Of a DNA stretch of 45,540 nt, positions 6,219 through 15,932 are shown in pieces. The translations under genes were made by a program, and so were the position numbers. The notes beneath the pieces were generated by a model. It made no database searches. It saw nothing but the letters and a program-made list of their open reading frames with translations, and had not been told where the DNA came from. Numbering within the stretch: the stretch's first letter is position 1; every line of letters starts with the position of its first letter. The DNA is taken from the sequence record SRR20825019_415; one strand, given 5' to 3'.

Positions 6219-8840
6219 TTATGCCAGATCGGCGGCTGTTACCCGCAGATCGCTGACCTCGACATTGTAAGACTGATCGGAAACCGACAGCCGCGCTTCG
6301 AACGACACCGCCCGGCAATTGACCTCGGCAACGTCAAGACGTTGCCATTCCGACCAGACCGGCGAACCGGTCGGATCATCATCGGTGGTGCGGAACCACA
6401 CGGAACAATCCCCATCACCCCCTGCACCGCCGTCAAACGAGTCCCATTCATCCACGGTCCCCGCACGGTCATCGACCGTGTCGATCACACTGACGACCAG
6501 CAACGTCACCGACGCGGTCAGCCGCTTGCGCGACTTGGTTGTGAAATCGAACCCCGACGCAAAGCCGTATGTGCCGGATGTTACAATCCCGCCATAGGCA
6601 TCCAACGATGCAACCGCATCAAAATCGGGAATGTCATCGATCAACCCCTCGCCGGGCAGCAGAAGCTTGCCATCGGCAACAATGGTGCCGTCCAGATCAC
6701 CCGACCATGCCGGGTTTTCGACCACTGACCCGATATCGGCATATTCAAGTATCGTTGCCGCATCGGTCGATATGACCGCCGGATCCGACGCCGTGCCGCT
6801 GGCATCGACAAACTGCACCAGGTACGAACCAGCACGCAGCGCGACATTCGCCTGCACCGATCCGCCCGGCAACGGATTGCCAATCGTGCCGCTATTGTAA
6901 AGTTCCGCGCCAGACAGGGATGACGACCAGCGAATAAGAACTTCGCCACCCTGCAACACATCCAGATCGCCGGATTGATCCCATTCCAGAATCGCGAACC
7001 CGCCAAGGCTGCGGATGGTCAGGCCGGTTGGCGCGGTCGGCTTACCCGAAAGGCCGTAAATCTCCCGCCGTACCGTGACATAGTCCGAACTTGCCCCGAC
7101 CCGGTTGATCGCCTTGACCCGGATGTCGTAAATTCCCGGTGTGGCGTCAAATATTTCAAACCGTGGCGAATCCACCCGCGGCTTATCATCCCATTCCAGC
7201 GCACCGACTTCGCGGATTTCGAACTGATAGGATACAACAAACCCGTCATCGGCCTCGCCCGCTACCAGAACGATCTTGGACTTGACGCCGCCGCCATCGC
7301 GGGTCGAATACAAAACCTCCGTCACATCCAGACCATCGGGCGGGGATACATCACCGGGACCCGGCAAGGTATTGGCCGCCGATGCCGCAACGATGGTTTC
7401 GTCGTCGGCGGTCCAGTCATAGACTGCCGATGCCGTCTCGCGCAGCGTGATATCGACACCCAGCCGGATCACGTCGCCATCTTCGCGGGGGGCCAGACGC
7501 CAGGTCACCACCTCGAACGGTTTGTTATCCCAGCCATAGGCCGACCTGGTAATTCCGACCACATCGCCGACCTGCACCGCAAAAGCCTTGAGGTTGCATT
7601 TAAGCTCAACCTCGGCCTGCAGACGGTTCTTGAACAGCGCCTGCTTCTGCAACCGCTGCCCGCAGGCCGGGGACGTGGTGAACAGGAATTCACGGTCGAC
7701 CGCGATTTCGCGACCCTGATCCTCGGCAATGAAGGTTGCCGATTTCAGAACCGGCAGGTCGGTCGGCTGCCAAAGGCTTTCGGGCGAGGAATATACCCCG
7801 CGCACCACGTTAAACAGGTCACGCTTTGACTGCCGGGTCCGTACCCGGATCGGGCCGTCAAGCCAGCTTTCATCGATTTCGATTTCCGGTGTGCGATAAT
7901 AGCCCGGCAGGATCGACCATTTTCCGCCCGCACGTGTCGCAATACCGCCACCCGGATTAAGCAGTTCGCGCAGATTGTCGCCGACCGGATTGCCGGTATC
8001 GATCACCCCCGAAACGACGTAACGTTTTTCGGTGCCACCCGCCGCCAGCGTGACATCCTCGTCACACACATTGGCCGACGCGATCAGGGTATCTTCCTCT
8101 ATCGCCTCATAGCCCGAACCGACACCGTCGGAAATCTTGACATAGTCCGCGGTTACCAGCGCCCAGTTATCGGTGTAACCGGTCGTATCGCTGCGCGGGT
8201 CATAGATATCTTTCTTGCCCTTCACCAGGCATTTGATCTGCGGGATGCCGCCCGCATAAATGTCCTGGTCATAGGTCAGTTCACAATACAGCTTGGCGCA
8301 TCCGCGCTGCCGATGATCAACCGTCCATTCGCTGTTGCGTGCCCGCATCGCGGCCAGCAGGTCGGCATCGCCTGCATCCGTGCCGTCACCCTTCCAGAAC
8401 CATGCAAACCCGGCATATTTGCCGATGGCATTGCCTGTGCCCGATCCGGAAAACACCTTGGTATCGCCAAACCAGATATCGCCGATTTCCTCGACCGGAT
8501 GACCGGTCAGGGTGATCAGCCATTGCAGCTTGCGCTTGCCATCGGTGACATTCATGTATGTCACCGGGCCAGAAGCCTGCACCTCGCCATAAATGATCGG
8601 GCGGGTTGCCAAAGGCTGGCGCACCATCTGGGTCCGGCTTGAAAGGGCAGAGGCCGCCGTGATACCCGCAGCCTTCGATTTCGCAGATGCGCCGAACGCA
8701 GACGCCGCAGCGACCGAAACAACCGCACCCACCACAGCACCGGCAAGACTTGCGATCCAGCCCGCCGCAAAGGCCGCAACCGCCGCCTTGGTCCCGGCCG
8801 CCGCCGCTGCTGCTGCAATGACCGGGATCACCTGTGGCAT
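6219..8840 (-). CDS. Tail tip / host specificity protein (J-like, FN3 domains)
   Basis: 873 aa; RPIIYGE, VKGKKDIYDPR, NVVRGVY...WQPTD, YDIRVKAINRVG (FN3-like). Confidence 0.88.
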   Translation of the reverse strand: MPQVIPVIAAAAAAAGTKAAVAAFAAGWIASLAGAVVGAVVSVAAASAFGASAKSKAAGITAASALSSRTQMVRQPLATRPIIYGEVQASGPVTYMNVTDGKRKLQWLITLTGHPVEEIGDIWFGDTKVFSGSGTGNAIGKYAGFAWFWKGDGTDAGDADLLAAMRARNSEWTVDHRQRGCAKLYCELTYDQDIYAGGIPQIKCLVKGKKDIYDPRSDTTGYTDNWALVTADYVKISDGVGSGYEAIEEDTLIASANVCDEDVTLAAGGTEKRYVVSGVIDTGNPVGDNLRELLNPGGGIATRAGGKWSILPGYYRTPEIEIDESWLDGPIRVRTRQSKRDLFNVVRGVYSSPESLWQPTDLPVLKSATFIAEDQGREIAVDREFLFTTSPACGQRLQKQALFKNRLQAEVELKCNLKAFAVQVGDVVGITRSAYGWDNKPFEVVTWRLAPREDGDVIRLGVDITLRETASAVYDWTADDETIVAASAANTLPGPGDVSPPDGLDVTEVLYSTRDGGGVKSKIVLVAGEADDGFVVSYQFEIREVGALEWDDKPRVDSPRFEIFDATPGIYDIRVKAINRVGASSDYVTVRREIYGLSGKPTAPTGLTIRSLGGFAILEWDQSGDLDVLQGGEVLIRWSSSLSGAELYNSGTIGNPLPGGSVQANVALRAGSYLVQFVDASGTASDPAVISTDAATILEYADIGSVVENPAWSGDLDGTIVADGKLLLPGEGLIDDIPDFDAVASLDAYGGIVTSGTYGFASGFDFTTKSRKRLTASVTLLVVSVIDTVDDRAGTVDEWDSFDGGAGGDGDCSVWFRTTDDDPTGSPVWSEWQRLDVAEVNCRAVSFEARLSVSDQSYNVEVSDLRVTAADLA

Positions 8841-8843
8841 TCG

Positions 8844-9263
8844 TCAGACCCTCCAGGCACGCAGGCCCGATTTGATGGATAGATAAACCAGACCGGCGGC
8901 ACCCTGTGTCGCCCAGCGTGGGCCGACACAGATCGCAAGCGCCTCGCCCTCGTCGGTATTGACAAGGCCAACATCACCGCGCCGCGCCATCAGAACCGGG
9001 ATTTCCGGCCAGCCAAGCCCGGCGGTGATCTTTTCCGCTGTCGCTGCAAGCCCGCCACCGGCAAAGCGTTTCAGCGCGCCATAGGCCCCGGTTTTCGTCT
9101 TGTATTTGCCGCGAAAGGCGCGGGCCGGATCGATCCCGGTGATTGCCTGCAACCCGTCACACACGGTCAGGCAGCAATCGGCAGAACCCCACGAAAAAGA
9201 CCGCCTTGCGGCGGCCTGTTGCCAGTCTGACAGTTTGCTTTCCCAAAGTGGCAATCGCGTCAC
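8844..9263 (-). CDS. NlpC/P60-like tail protein (DUF6950-like)
   Basis: FSWGSADCC...ARRGDVGLV motifs; GTGA overlap with the upstream gene. Confidence 0.8.
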   Translation of the reverse strand: MTRLPLWESKLSDWQQAAARRSFSWGSADCCLTVCDGLQAITGIDPARAFRGKYKTKTGAYGALKRFAGGGLAATAEKITAGLGWPEIPVLMARRGDVGLVNTDEGEALAICVGPRWATQGAAGLVYLSIKSGLRAWRV

Positions 9264-9823
9264 TTGATCTGCCCCCATGTGATTTCGGTATCCTGCAGGC
9301 GGTTGACGAACTCGAACCCGCGATCATCCGGGTAAATCGCCTTCTGATCTTCATCGGTAAACCGCCGGACTTTCGACCGTTCCAAATCGACCAGATCGCT
9401 TTCGACCGTCACCGATATCGTGATCGTGGTGGCGTCATCATCGATCACCGGCACGTCGGTCAGTCCGGAAAACGCCTTGTACGGCGTGCCGATCAGAACG
9501 CCAGTATCGGACATCGCCCCGACATGAAGATCACCCGGCAGGCCCTGCCGCATTTCGGTCAGCGTCAGCGACAGGTATTCAATCGGAATCCCGGACAACT
9601 GGAAGGTCAGGCCGTTGGCCTGGATTTCCTCGGTTTCCTCGATTTCCGATATGCCGACGAATTCACCGCCGCCCAGCCATTCAAACCCGCCCCACGAAAT
9701 CGGCCCGATCCCGGTCCACATCCGCACATCATCAGACGCTGCGCCGATGCGCCCAAACAGAACCGGCATCAACCGGTCGCCCGACAATTGCGCCAGCAGA
9801 TCCGGATCAATGTCGGTTCTCAT
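9260..9823 (-). CDS. Minor tail / hub protein
   Basis: RMWTGIG, RRFTDEDQ...YPDDRGFEFV...ITWG; position in the tail operon. Confidence 0.78.
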   Translation of the reverse strand: MRTDIDPDLLAQLSGDRLMPVLFGRIGAASDDVRMWTGIGPISWGGFEWLGGGEFVGISEIEETEEIQANGLTFQLSGIPIEYLSLTLTEMRQGLPGDLHVGAMSDTGVLIGTPYKAFSGLTDVPVIDDDATTITISVTVESDLVDLERSKVRRFTDEDQKAIYPDDRGFEFVNRLQDTEITWGQIK

Positions 9824-10455
9824 GTGATGTACTCCATCGCCCCGAAGGTGATGCCGTCGTAATAATCACCGGGATTGCCGCGCCACTGCCCGGTTTCGCC
9901 GGGCTTGAGACGAAACACACCCTTGGGGTCGCGGTAAACCACCGTTGCCCCGTCGACATAGGCCGCACGGGTGGCGGGCCAGATATCGATATCGGCCGCA
10001 CCGGTCATTTCATCGGTGATTTCAACATCGTTCAGAACCATGTGCAGACGCGATGCGCTGCCACTGCCAAGCTGGATATAATCGCCCTTCCGCAAGGCAA
10101 AGCCGTCCGGGTCGTCCGTTGTCCAGTTGATCGTCGATATGGTGCGGATCCGCGCGGCATGCGCCCCCGCAAGCTGCACGGTCACCACGTCGGTGTTATT
10201 CTGCGGGAACCGCGCCAGCGGGTCATTGGCAAGAAACGGGTTAAGCGGCCCGCGACATTGGAGAAGAAACACCTGCATCGCCGTGACATCCGCCCGGCGC
10301 TCCGGCGCGAACGTCATGGCGATATCCCATCGCTCCCCCTGATTGGCCTGCGCCTGCCCCTGAAAGGTAAAATTGGAAATCGCCAGCCCGACGGAATTGA
10401 CCGGGGTGACGGTTATTTCCATCGGTACAGTTGGCAAGGCAATCGGATCGGTCAT
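9820..10455 (-). CDS. Distal tail protein
   Basis: Follows the TMP; FTFQGQ...GERW, LRKGDYIQLG, PKGVFRL. Confidence 0.75.
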   Translation of the reverse strand: MTDPIALPTVPMEITVTPVNSVGLAISNFTFQGQAQANQGERWDIAMTFAPERRADVTAMQVFLLQCRGPLNPFLANDPLARFPQNNTDVVTVQLAGAHAARIRTISTINWTTDDPDGFALRKGDYIQLGSGSASRLHMVLNDVEITDEMTGAADIDIWPATRAAYVDGATVVYRDPKGVFRLKPGETGQWRGNPGDYYDGITFGAMEYIT

Positions 10456-10458
10456 GTT

Positions 10459-12444
10459 TTAACGCCCCCTGATTGCCCGCCCGGCACTACCGCCGCGTCG
10501 TGCCTGATCAGACACGGCATTTACGGCCCGTTTGTTGAATGTGCTGTCAATGCGCCGCACTTCGCCGCCAATCGCCGTGATGGCGGTTTCAAGCCGTGCC
10601 ATCCCCGCCTGATCGGCACCGCGCGCATCGATATTGAATATCGCCGACGGCCCGCCGGAATTGGCGGCGGGCATTTTCGGCATACGGATATCGACCGGAA
10701 TCTTGCCAGACGGCACCGGAACATAAGCCTCCGGCACCGAACCCTCGCCGAACATCGCAAGTTGCGGCGAATTGGCGATGCCACCCTCGGAATATTGCCG
10801 CAATGGCAGCTTGCCGCGCGATGTCATGATGCCGCCATCGGCAAAGGCAAACATTGATCCCCAGTCAATACCACCGATGGCACCACCAATCGCATCCGCC
10901 GCTGGCTGGGCGATTTGCTGCTGCCAGACCATTTCGGCAATCGACATCGCAAGCTGATCCACCTTGCCCCGCGCGTCATCCGCCCAACCGCCAAGATCGG
11001 AAAAGGCATTACCCAACACACGACCGACTTCCTTGCCGGTTTTGTTCAGCTTTTCGTTGGCCTTGGTCAGATCATCCGCTGCCGCCGATGCCGCCCGGCC
11101 ATAGGTTTCCTGACTGATCGCGCCCTCGGCCAGCAATTCGCGCAGCCGTTCGATTTCGTCGTTGTATTTTTCCTGTGCGGTGCGGTTGGCTTCGGTGACC
11201 CGCGCACCTTCCTCCATAACCTTGGCTTCACGATCAAGGGCATCGTTCAAATCTTCCAAACGTTGCTTGTAATCGTAAACATCACCAGCCAATTGCCTGA
11301 TGAGGATACCTTGCGCACTTGCACCATCAACACCGGCACGGCGCAGCGCGTTATTTACCTCAAGCTCGCGATTGGTCATTTCAAATGCGGAAAGCTCGTA
11401 CTGCAGAGCTTCGATCACAGCACCGATTTTTTCCGCCTGCCGCTCCGCATCATCCGCAGCTTTTTTGCGCGATTTGTCGGCCTCTTGCGACGCCTTGAAT
11501 TCCTCGCTGGAATCAATCGCTGCGGTCATACTGTCATTCAGATCGTCGAATTTTGCCTGCAATTCGGCAATTTCGTTGATCTGATTCTGATAGACACCCG
11601 CATCAATCGGTTCATCACCAATACCGAACATCGGATCGTTCGACATGGCGTTGATGCGCTCGATTTCTGCCTTTCTGATTTCCAGCGCAGCCTTGGCCGC
11701 TTCCAATCGCGCCTTGGCGGTTTTCAGGATTTCGTCGCGCTCATCGCGCAGGAGTTCGGCACTTTCTTTCTGCTGATCGTTCAGCTTTTTAATGAATTCC
11801 TCGGCCTTCTTCACCGACTTTTCATAAGCTTCAAGGCTGGTTGCGGCTTCATCGGCTGATTCGCTGGTATCCCAGAACGCAATCGCCAAAGCCCCGGCAA
11901 TGGCTGCCGCAGCGCCAATAACAGCACCCCACGGACCGAAAGCCCCAAGCAACTGCGATGCCTGCTGCGTTAGGGCCACAAGCACATTCTGTCCGCTGGC
12001 AACCTGCACCGCAAAGTCACCGACCTGATAACCTGCCTGCTGTGCGATAGCACCAAACCGGCGGTAATTCGGCACGGCCTTGACGACCGCATTGTCGTTT
12101 GCCGCGACCGCAACACCCGCCTGATTGAGTTTTGCGACATAGGCATCAAAACGGTCGTTTAACTGGCGATAGGCGGCATTGGCTTCTTTGGTAGTGATAG
12201 CCCCCTTTTCCAAAGCGAGACGAACCTTGTCCGACTGGCGCTCAAGATTCTGACCTGCACGAGCCAAGGGGTCCAAAGACGCCTGAAGCTGATTGAACGC
12301 CTTTGCGGCCCGTTTCGTGCTGCGGTCCATATTGGTCGAAGTGGTATCAACCAGCCGACCAGCCCGTTTGAAGTTCGCTTCAAGCCGTTCAAGTTCCGCA
12401 TCAATCGAAACGGACATACCGACTTTTTGCAGTTCGCCCGCCAT
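10459..12444 (-). CDS. Tape measure protein
   Basis: 661 aa, Ala/Glu-rich and helical; QAGYQVGDFAVQVASGQ...QQASQL; C-terminal FADGG...MFGEGS.PEA. Confidence 0.92.
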   Translation of the reverse strand: MAGELQKVGMSVSIDAELERLEANFKRAGRLVDTTSTNMDRSTKRAAKAFNQLQASLDPLARAGQNLERQSDKVRLALEKGAITTKEANAAYRQLNDRFDAYVAKLNQAGVAVAANDNAVVKAVPNYRRFGAIAQQAGYQVGDFAVQVASGQNVLVALTQQASQLLGAFGPWGAVIGAAAAIAGALAIAFWDTSESADEAATSLEAYEKSVKKAEEFIKKLNDQQKESAELLRDERDEILKTAKARLEAAKAALEIRKAEIERINAMSNDPMFGIGDEPIDAGVYQNQINEIAELQAKFDDLNDSMTAAIDSSEEFKASQEADKSRKKAADDAERQAEKIGAVIEALQYELSAFEMTNRELEVNNALRRAGVDGASAQGILIRQLAGDVYDYKQRLEDLNDALDREAKVMEEGARVTEANRTAQEKYNDEIERLRELLAEGAISQETYGRAASAAADDLTKANEKLNKTGKEVGRVLGNAFSDLGGWADDARGKVDQLAMSIAEMVWQQQIAQPAADAIGGAIGGIDWGSMFAFADGGIMTSRGKLPLRQYSEGGIANSPQLAMFGEGSVPEAYVPVPSGKIPVDIRMPKMPAANSGGPSAIFNIDARGADQAGMARLETAITAIGGEVRRIDSTFNKRAVNAVSDQARRGGSAGRAIRGR

Positions 12445-12887
12445 CACACACCCTCGCGCAAAGCTTCGCGGATCGCCTGGACGATCAGCCGTTCGATTTC
12501 ATCACGGTTGCCGTCCATCGCACGCTCAAGAATGCGAAGGGCCGGGCGTTTCGGCACGCGCATCGTGAAACGCCTGCCATTGCGACGATAGGAAACCTCG
12601 CCGCCCTTGGTCCCGCCATCAAGAAACCGGAACCAGAAATGATCTTCCGCAAGGTCACGGGTCGGCAGGCCGATATCGTAGGAAAGCCCGCCATCCCCGG
12701 CCAGAATCGTCAAACCGTCTCGTGCATGCGGGCCGGGGTTGCTGGCGTCAATCGGCGTCAACGCCTCCATATCGAACAGCACAAGCTGTGCTGCCTTATG
12801 CAGGGCTTCCTCGACATTCTCACGGATCCGCGACGGAATACCGTGCTGCAGCGCCGCCACCAGTTCCTTTGTTCCGGTGACGGGCAT
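12444..12887 (-). CDS. HK97 gp10-like tail completion protein
   Basis: VTGTKEL, LTPID, FWFRFLDGGT, PALRILERA motifs. Confidence 0.72.
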   Translation of the reverse strand: MPVTGTKELVAALQHGIPSRIRENVEEALHKAAQLVLFDMEALTPIDASNPGPHARDGLTILAGDGGLSYDIGLPTRDLAEDHFWFRFLDGGTKGGEVSYRRNGRRFTMRVPKRPALRILERAMDGNRDEIERLIVQAIREALREGV

Positions 12888-12892
12888 GGCGG

Positions 12893-13138
12893 CTATCTCC
12901 GTGACGGTTTCCAGCCCCGAAGGGCTGCCCGCAATTTGTCGGCGACTTCATCCTTGGATGGCTGCCGTGTTTCCGGTTCGTCATCGACGCCATTGCTTTT
13001 GCGCAGGAAATCGATGCGGCCATCAAGCGCCAGCAGAATGCGCGGGACCGGCGTTTGCATCGCCTGTTCATCCGACCAGCCAAGCCATCCGGTCGCATAG
13101 CGATAAACAAGGTCCCACCATTCATCAAGGCTTACGGC
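12893..13138 (-). CDS. Tail assembly chaperone T segment (-1 frame)
   Basis: Frame after GGGAAAG reads AVSLDEWWDLVYRYATGWLGWSDEQAMQTP...RR*, stop at 12893-12895. Confidence 0.8.
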   Translation of the reverse strand, partial: AVSLDEWWDLVYRYATGWLGWSDEQAMQTPVPRILLALDGRIDFLRKSNGVDDEPETRQPSKDEVADKLRAALRGWKPSRR

Positions 13139-13518
13139 TTTCCCGGCGCTTCATCCGCATCGCCCGCATCATCGGCAACATCGTTGCCATCAATGATCGG
13201 GCGTCCGCCATTCAGAAGAACCGTGATGTAATTGATCAGGTCCGCGCCAAGCTTGGCCTTGTCCGGCTCCTGCCAGATGGTCGTGACCAGATCGTCATAT
13301 TCCGACGGCTTAAGCTTCAAGCCAGCCCCGGCAACGATAATCTGGGCCATCGCGTCGAAATCAAGATCACGCACCTTGCGATAGGCCGGGTTAAGGCCAC
13401 CGGCAAAGCTGTTGATCATCCGCACCGCGGATAGTTTCGGCGCAAGATAATGAACAGTGCCCGCGACCGTAACGGTCAGTTCCGGGGCCGTGGCAACAGC
13501 CTGTTTTGTCTTGGTCAT
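13132..13518 (-). CDS. Tail assembly chaperone G
   Basis: 128 aa after the tail tube gene, ends APGKP with G GGA AAG. Confidence 0.82.
   Translation of the reverse strand: MTKTKQAVATAPELTVTVAGTVHYLAPKLSAVRMINSFAGGLNPAYRKVRDLDFDAMAQIIVAGAGLKLKPSEYDDLVTTIWQEPDKAKLGADLINYITVLLNGGRPIIDGNDVADDAGDADEAPGKP
13138..13144 (-). other. -1 ribosomal frameshift site GGGAAAG
   Basis: Same heptamer as lambda G/GT, in G GGA AAG phase. Confidence 0.85.
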
Positions 13519-13550
13519 CTGGATACCTTTCGGGGATCGGGGGAAAAGAT

Positions 13551-13581
13551 GGCGGGCGCGAACCCCCGTCACGCGCCCGCC
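13551..13581 (-). terminator. GC hairpin after the tail tube gene
   Basis: ggcgggcgcg / cgcgcccgcc stem followed by atcttttcc on the minus strand. Confidence 0.5.
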
Positions 13582-13596
13582 TGCCGCGGCAATCTG

Positions 13597-14067
13597 TTAA
13601 ACGGCGGCGACTTCAATCGGTCGGGTATTGATCCCGATATTACAGGTGGCACCGACAACACTTTCAGGACTGCCAATCTGACGACGGAACGACATCACAC
13701 GCCCGCGGAAAAAGAATGTCGTCGGGCTGGAAGGCGAACCGGTCCCGGCATCATTCAATGTCACCTTGAACGCCCATTCGTTGTCCGACGCCAACGCAGC
13801 CTTGCATTGGTTCTGCCCCGTATCATCCGGGTCATAACCAAGCTGCAAAGGCAGTGACCCCGGATCCTCGGTGCCCTTGAACTTGCGCACCAGACGATCC
13901 GCAAGCGAGACATGGGTAATCGTCGAAAATTCCGCCCCGAATTCACCCAGATCGGTAATTTCAGCAACTTCAAGGTATGTTTCCGCCTCGAACGCCGACT
14001 GCGTTGCCGCGACAGATGATCCGTCGGAAATAGAAAGTGTACACCCGGCCGCTGTTTGCACGGTCAT
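13597..14067 (-). CDS. Major tail (tube) protein
   Basis: EITDLGEFG, RKFKGTEDPG, FFFRGRVMS motifs. Confidence 0.85.
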   Translation of the reverse strand: MTVQTAAGCTLSISDGSSVAATQSAFEAETYLEVAEITDLGEFGAEFSTITHVSLADRLVRKFKGTEDPGSLPLQLGYDPDDTGQNQCKAALASDNEWAFKVTLNDAGTGSPSSPTTFFFRGRVMSFRRQIGSPESVVGATCNIGINTRPIEVAAV

Positions 14068-14112
14068 GGCAATGGCTCCTTAGTTTTGCATGAAATGGCC
14101 GTCACGGCCGGG

Positions 14113-14490
14113 TTAAGGCCGGATGATCGCGCGCAGCGTCACCCGCCCGGTATAGGTCGTTCCGTCAACATCCTTTGACGTCGTCACCCGCTCGAACCGC
14201 AGGTTTTCACACACCCCGGAATCCATTGCCGGGCACGTGTTTTCCGTGGCGGTGCGGATGGTATCGGCAATCTGCTTGACTTCCTTGCGACCGGCATAAT
14301 CCGACCAGATCGACAGATAGACCATCACCGTTTCCCGGTACTGATCCAAGGCCCGGCTGTTTGACACCAGATCGGCATCAACCACCACATACGGATATTG
14401 CGCATCATCTGGCACATCATCGTAAACAGGACAGGACAACACCCCATCCAGCAGGGTGACGATGGCCTTTTGCAGATCAAGGCTGCTCAT
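14113..14490 (-). CDS. Tail terminator (DUF3168-like)
   Basis: LQKAI...VYDDVPDDAQYPYVV...IWSDYAGRKEVK. Confidence 0.85.
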   Translation of the reverse strand: MSSLDLQKAIVTLLDGVLSCPVYDDVPDDAQYPYVVVDADLVSNSRALDQYRETVMVYLSIWSDYAGRKEVKQIADTIRTATENTCPAMDSGVCENLRFERVTTSKDVDGTTYTGRVTLRAIIRP

Positions 14491-14837
14491 TGCACCGCCC
14501 CCGTTTCCGCCTCGATCACGCGATCAAGGGCACGCGCCACATCCGGCGCATGACGGATATCAAACACCAGCCCGCCCCACGAAAGCCGGTCACTCGCGGT
14601 TAAACCCGCCCAAACACCGGCATTGCGCGATGTGAACCGGTATCGTGATACTGCCCGCTTGGCATCGCCAACCGCACTTTCATCGCCGCTGATCTGCAAA
14701 CATTCCGCCCAGACCGTGCCGATATCGGCCCATGTTTCGGTTGCACCGCCATATCCATCCGGCGTGCGCGTGACGCGCTGCACCGTGACCCGCTGATCAA
14801 ATGCGCCAGCCCCGGCATTTCGCATCTTGCGCCGCAT
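14487..14837 (-). CDS. Head closure / head-tail adaptor
   Basis: QRVTVQR...DGYGG..ETW....TVWA. Confidence 0.85.
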   Translation of the reverse strand: MRRKMRNAGAGAFDQRVTVQRVTRTPDGYGGATETWADIGTVWAECLQISGDESAVGDAKRAVSRYRFTSRNAGVWAGLTASDRLSWGGLVFDIRHAPDVARALDRVIEAETGAVQ

Positions 14838-15448
14838 CAGAACACCTGCCGGAACGGGCTTAACAGCCAGTCCACCGTTTTGTTTTGATGGATTTCGAAA
14901 TCAACCGATTGCGCCTCGCGATGCTCATACAGATCGGCGATCAGAAGCAGCCCCGCATTGCGGATTGCCGCCGGAACGTCGTCCGCCGCATTGCCGTAGC
15001 CTGCCACAAAGGTCACCGTCACCGCATCAGGCACATCGCGGGTTGATGGCCATGTCTGACTGTATGCCGGCACAATGTGCGACGGATATTTTCCGCGGTT
15101 CACGACCTGATAAAGGCCGCTATCCAGGGTGATTTCATCGCCGTCATCGTCGATATATTCAATCGCCGATACCGTTTGCAAGGGCGGCAACGGTAACCGA
15201 ATGGCGCAGGATCGCTGCGGAAAACGCGGCAATTTCATTTGCCATGTCTGCGTGATCAGGGCGCGGCCCAAAATGCCGTCAATCCCGTCAAGATGGCTTT
15301 GAACCCCGTCGCGATAGATCGCAATCAGGTCCTTGTCTTCTGGCGCTGCCGGGCTGCCGGAAAGCGGCACGCGCAGATGTTCATACACCCGCGCATCTTC
15401 CATGAAATCCGCTGCCGGGTCGGCAGTTCGTACCAAACTGTAATCCAT
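14837..15448 (-). CDS. Head-tail connector (gp6/gp15-like)
   Basis: GRALITQTW, LPLPPLQTV, VTFVAGYG, VPAAIR, LYEHRE. Confidence 0.87.
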   Translation of the reverse strand: MDYSLVRTADPAADFMEDARVYEHLRVPLSGSPAAPEDKDLIAIYRDGVQSHLDGIDGILGRALITQTWQMKLPRFPQRSCAIRLPLPPLQTVSAIEYIDDDGDEITLDSGLYQVVNRGKYPSHIVPAYSQTWPSTRDVPDAVTVTFVAGYGNAADDVPAAIRNAGLLLIADLYEHREAQSVDFEIHQNKTVDWLLSPFRQVF

Positions 15449-15461
15449 CACCGCCCCAACG

Positions 15462-15486
15462 AAAAAGGGCCGCTCGAAGGCGACCT
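15462..15486 (-). terminator. Putative intrinsic terminator
   Basis: Minus strand ggtcgc-cttcga-gcggcc followed by cttttt. Confidence 0.5.
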
Positions 15487-15563
15487 GCGCGAAACCTGAA
15501 ACATTTGACATAACTTATAAAGCAAGCGTAGCATTCCACCCTTGATTGCAAAGGGAGTCTCAA

Positions 15564-15857
15564 ATGCGCACCGCCCCATTCATTATTATCGCAGCGACAT
15601 TACTCACCGCGTGCGAGACAACCGACCGCGCTCGCGCTACTGAATTCGAACCACTACCAAATGGTGAATTTAGATATCGCGCCGATCAGCTTTATCCGTA
15701 CACGAATGAAGACCTGATCCGCTGGATGGAAACATCATTATCGGAAAACAACTACTGCCAGAATGGTTATCAAATCACAGAAACCAAAGAAGTTGTTAGG
15801 GCTCAAACGATATTTGGCACCGCAATGTCCAAGATTTTCTTTGGCAAATGCAAATGA
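15564..15857 (+). CDS. Lipoprotein moron (paralog of 45138..45452)
   Basis: Lipobox LTAC; SD GGGAG; AT-rich; antisense to the late operon. Confidence 0.8.
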   Translation: MRTAPFIIIAATLLTACETTDRARATEFEPLPNGEFRYRADQLYPYTNEDLIRWMETSLSENNYCQNGYQITETKEVVRAQTIFGTAMSKIFFGKCK

Positions 15858-15932
15858 ACATGACGATAGACAAACTTAAATAGGCATCTGGACAAGTAAC
15901 CGATACCAAAGCACATCAGATTTTCTTTCCAA

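Noticed and set aside
4168-8840. Diversity-generating retroelement or invertible tail-fibre cassette
   Set aside because: No reverse transcriptase, invertase or TR/VR repeat pair seen by eye
12820-13128. 102-aa ORF as the chaperone T segment
   Set aside because: Wrong frame; the -1 frame ending at 12893 carries the ATGWLGWS motif
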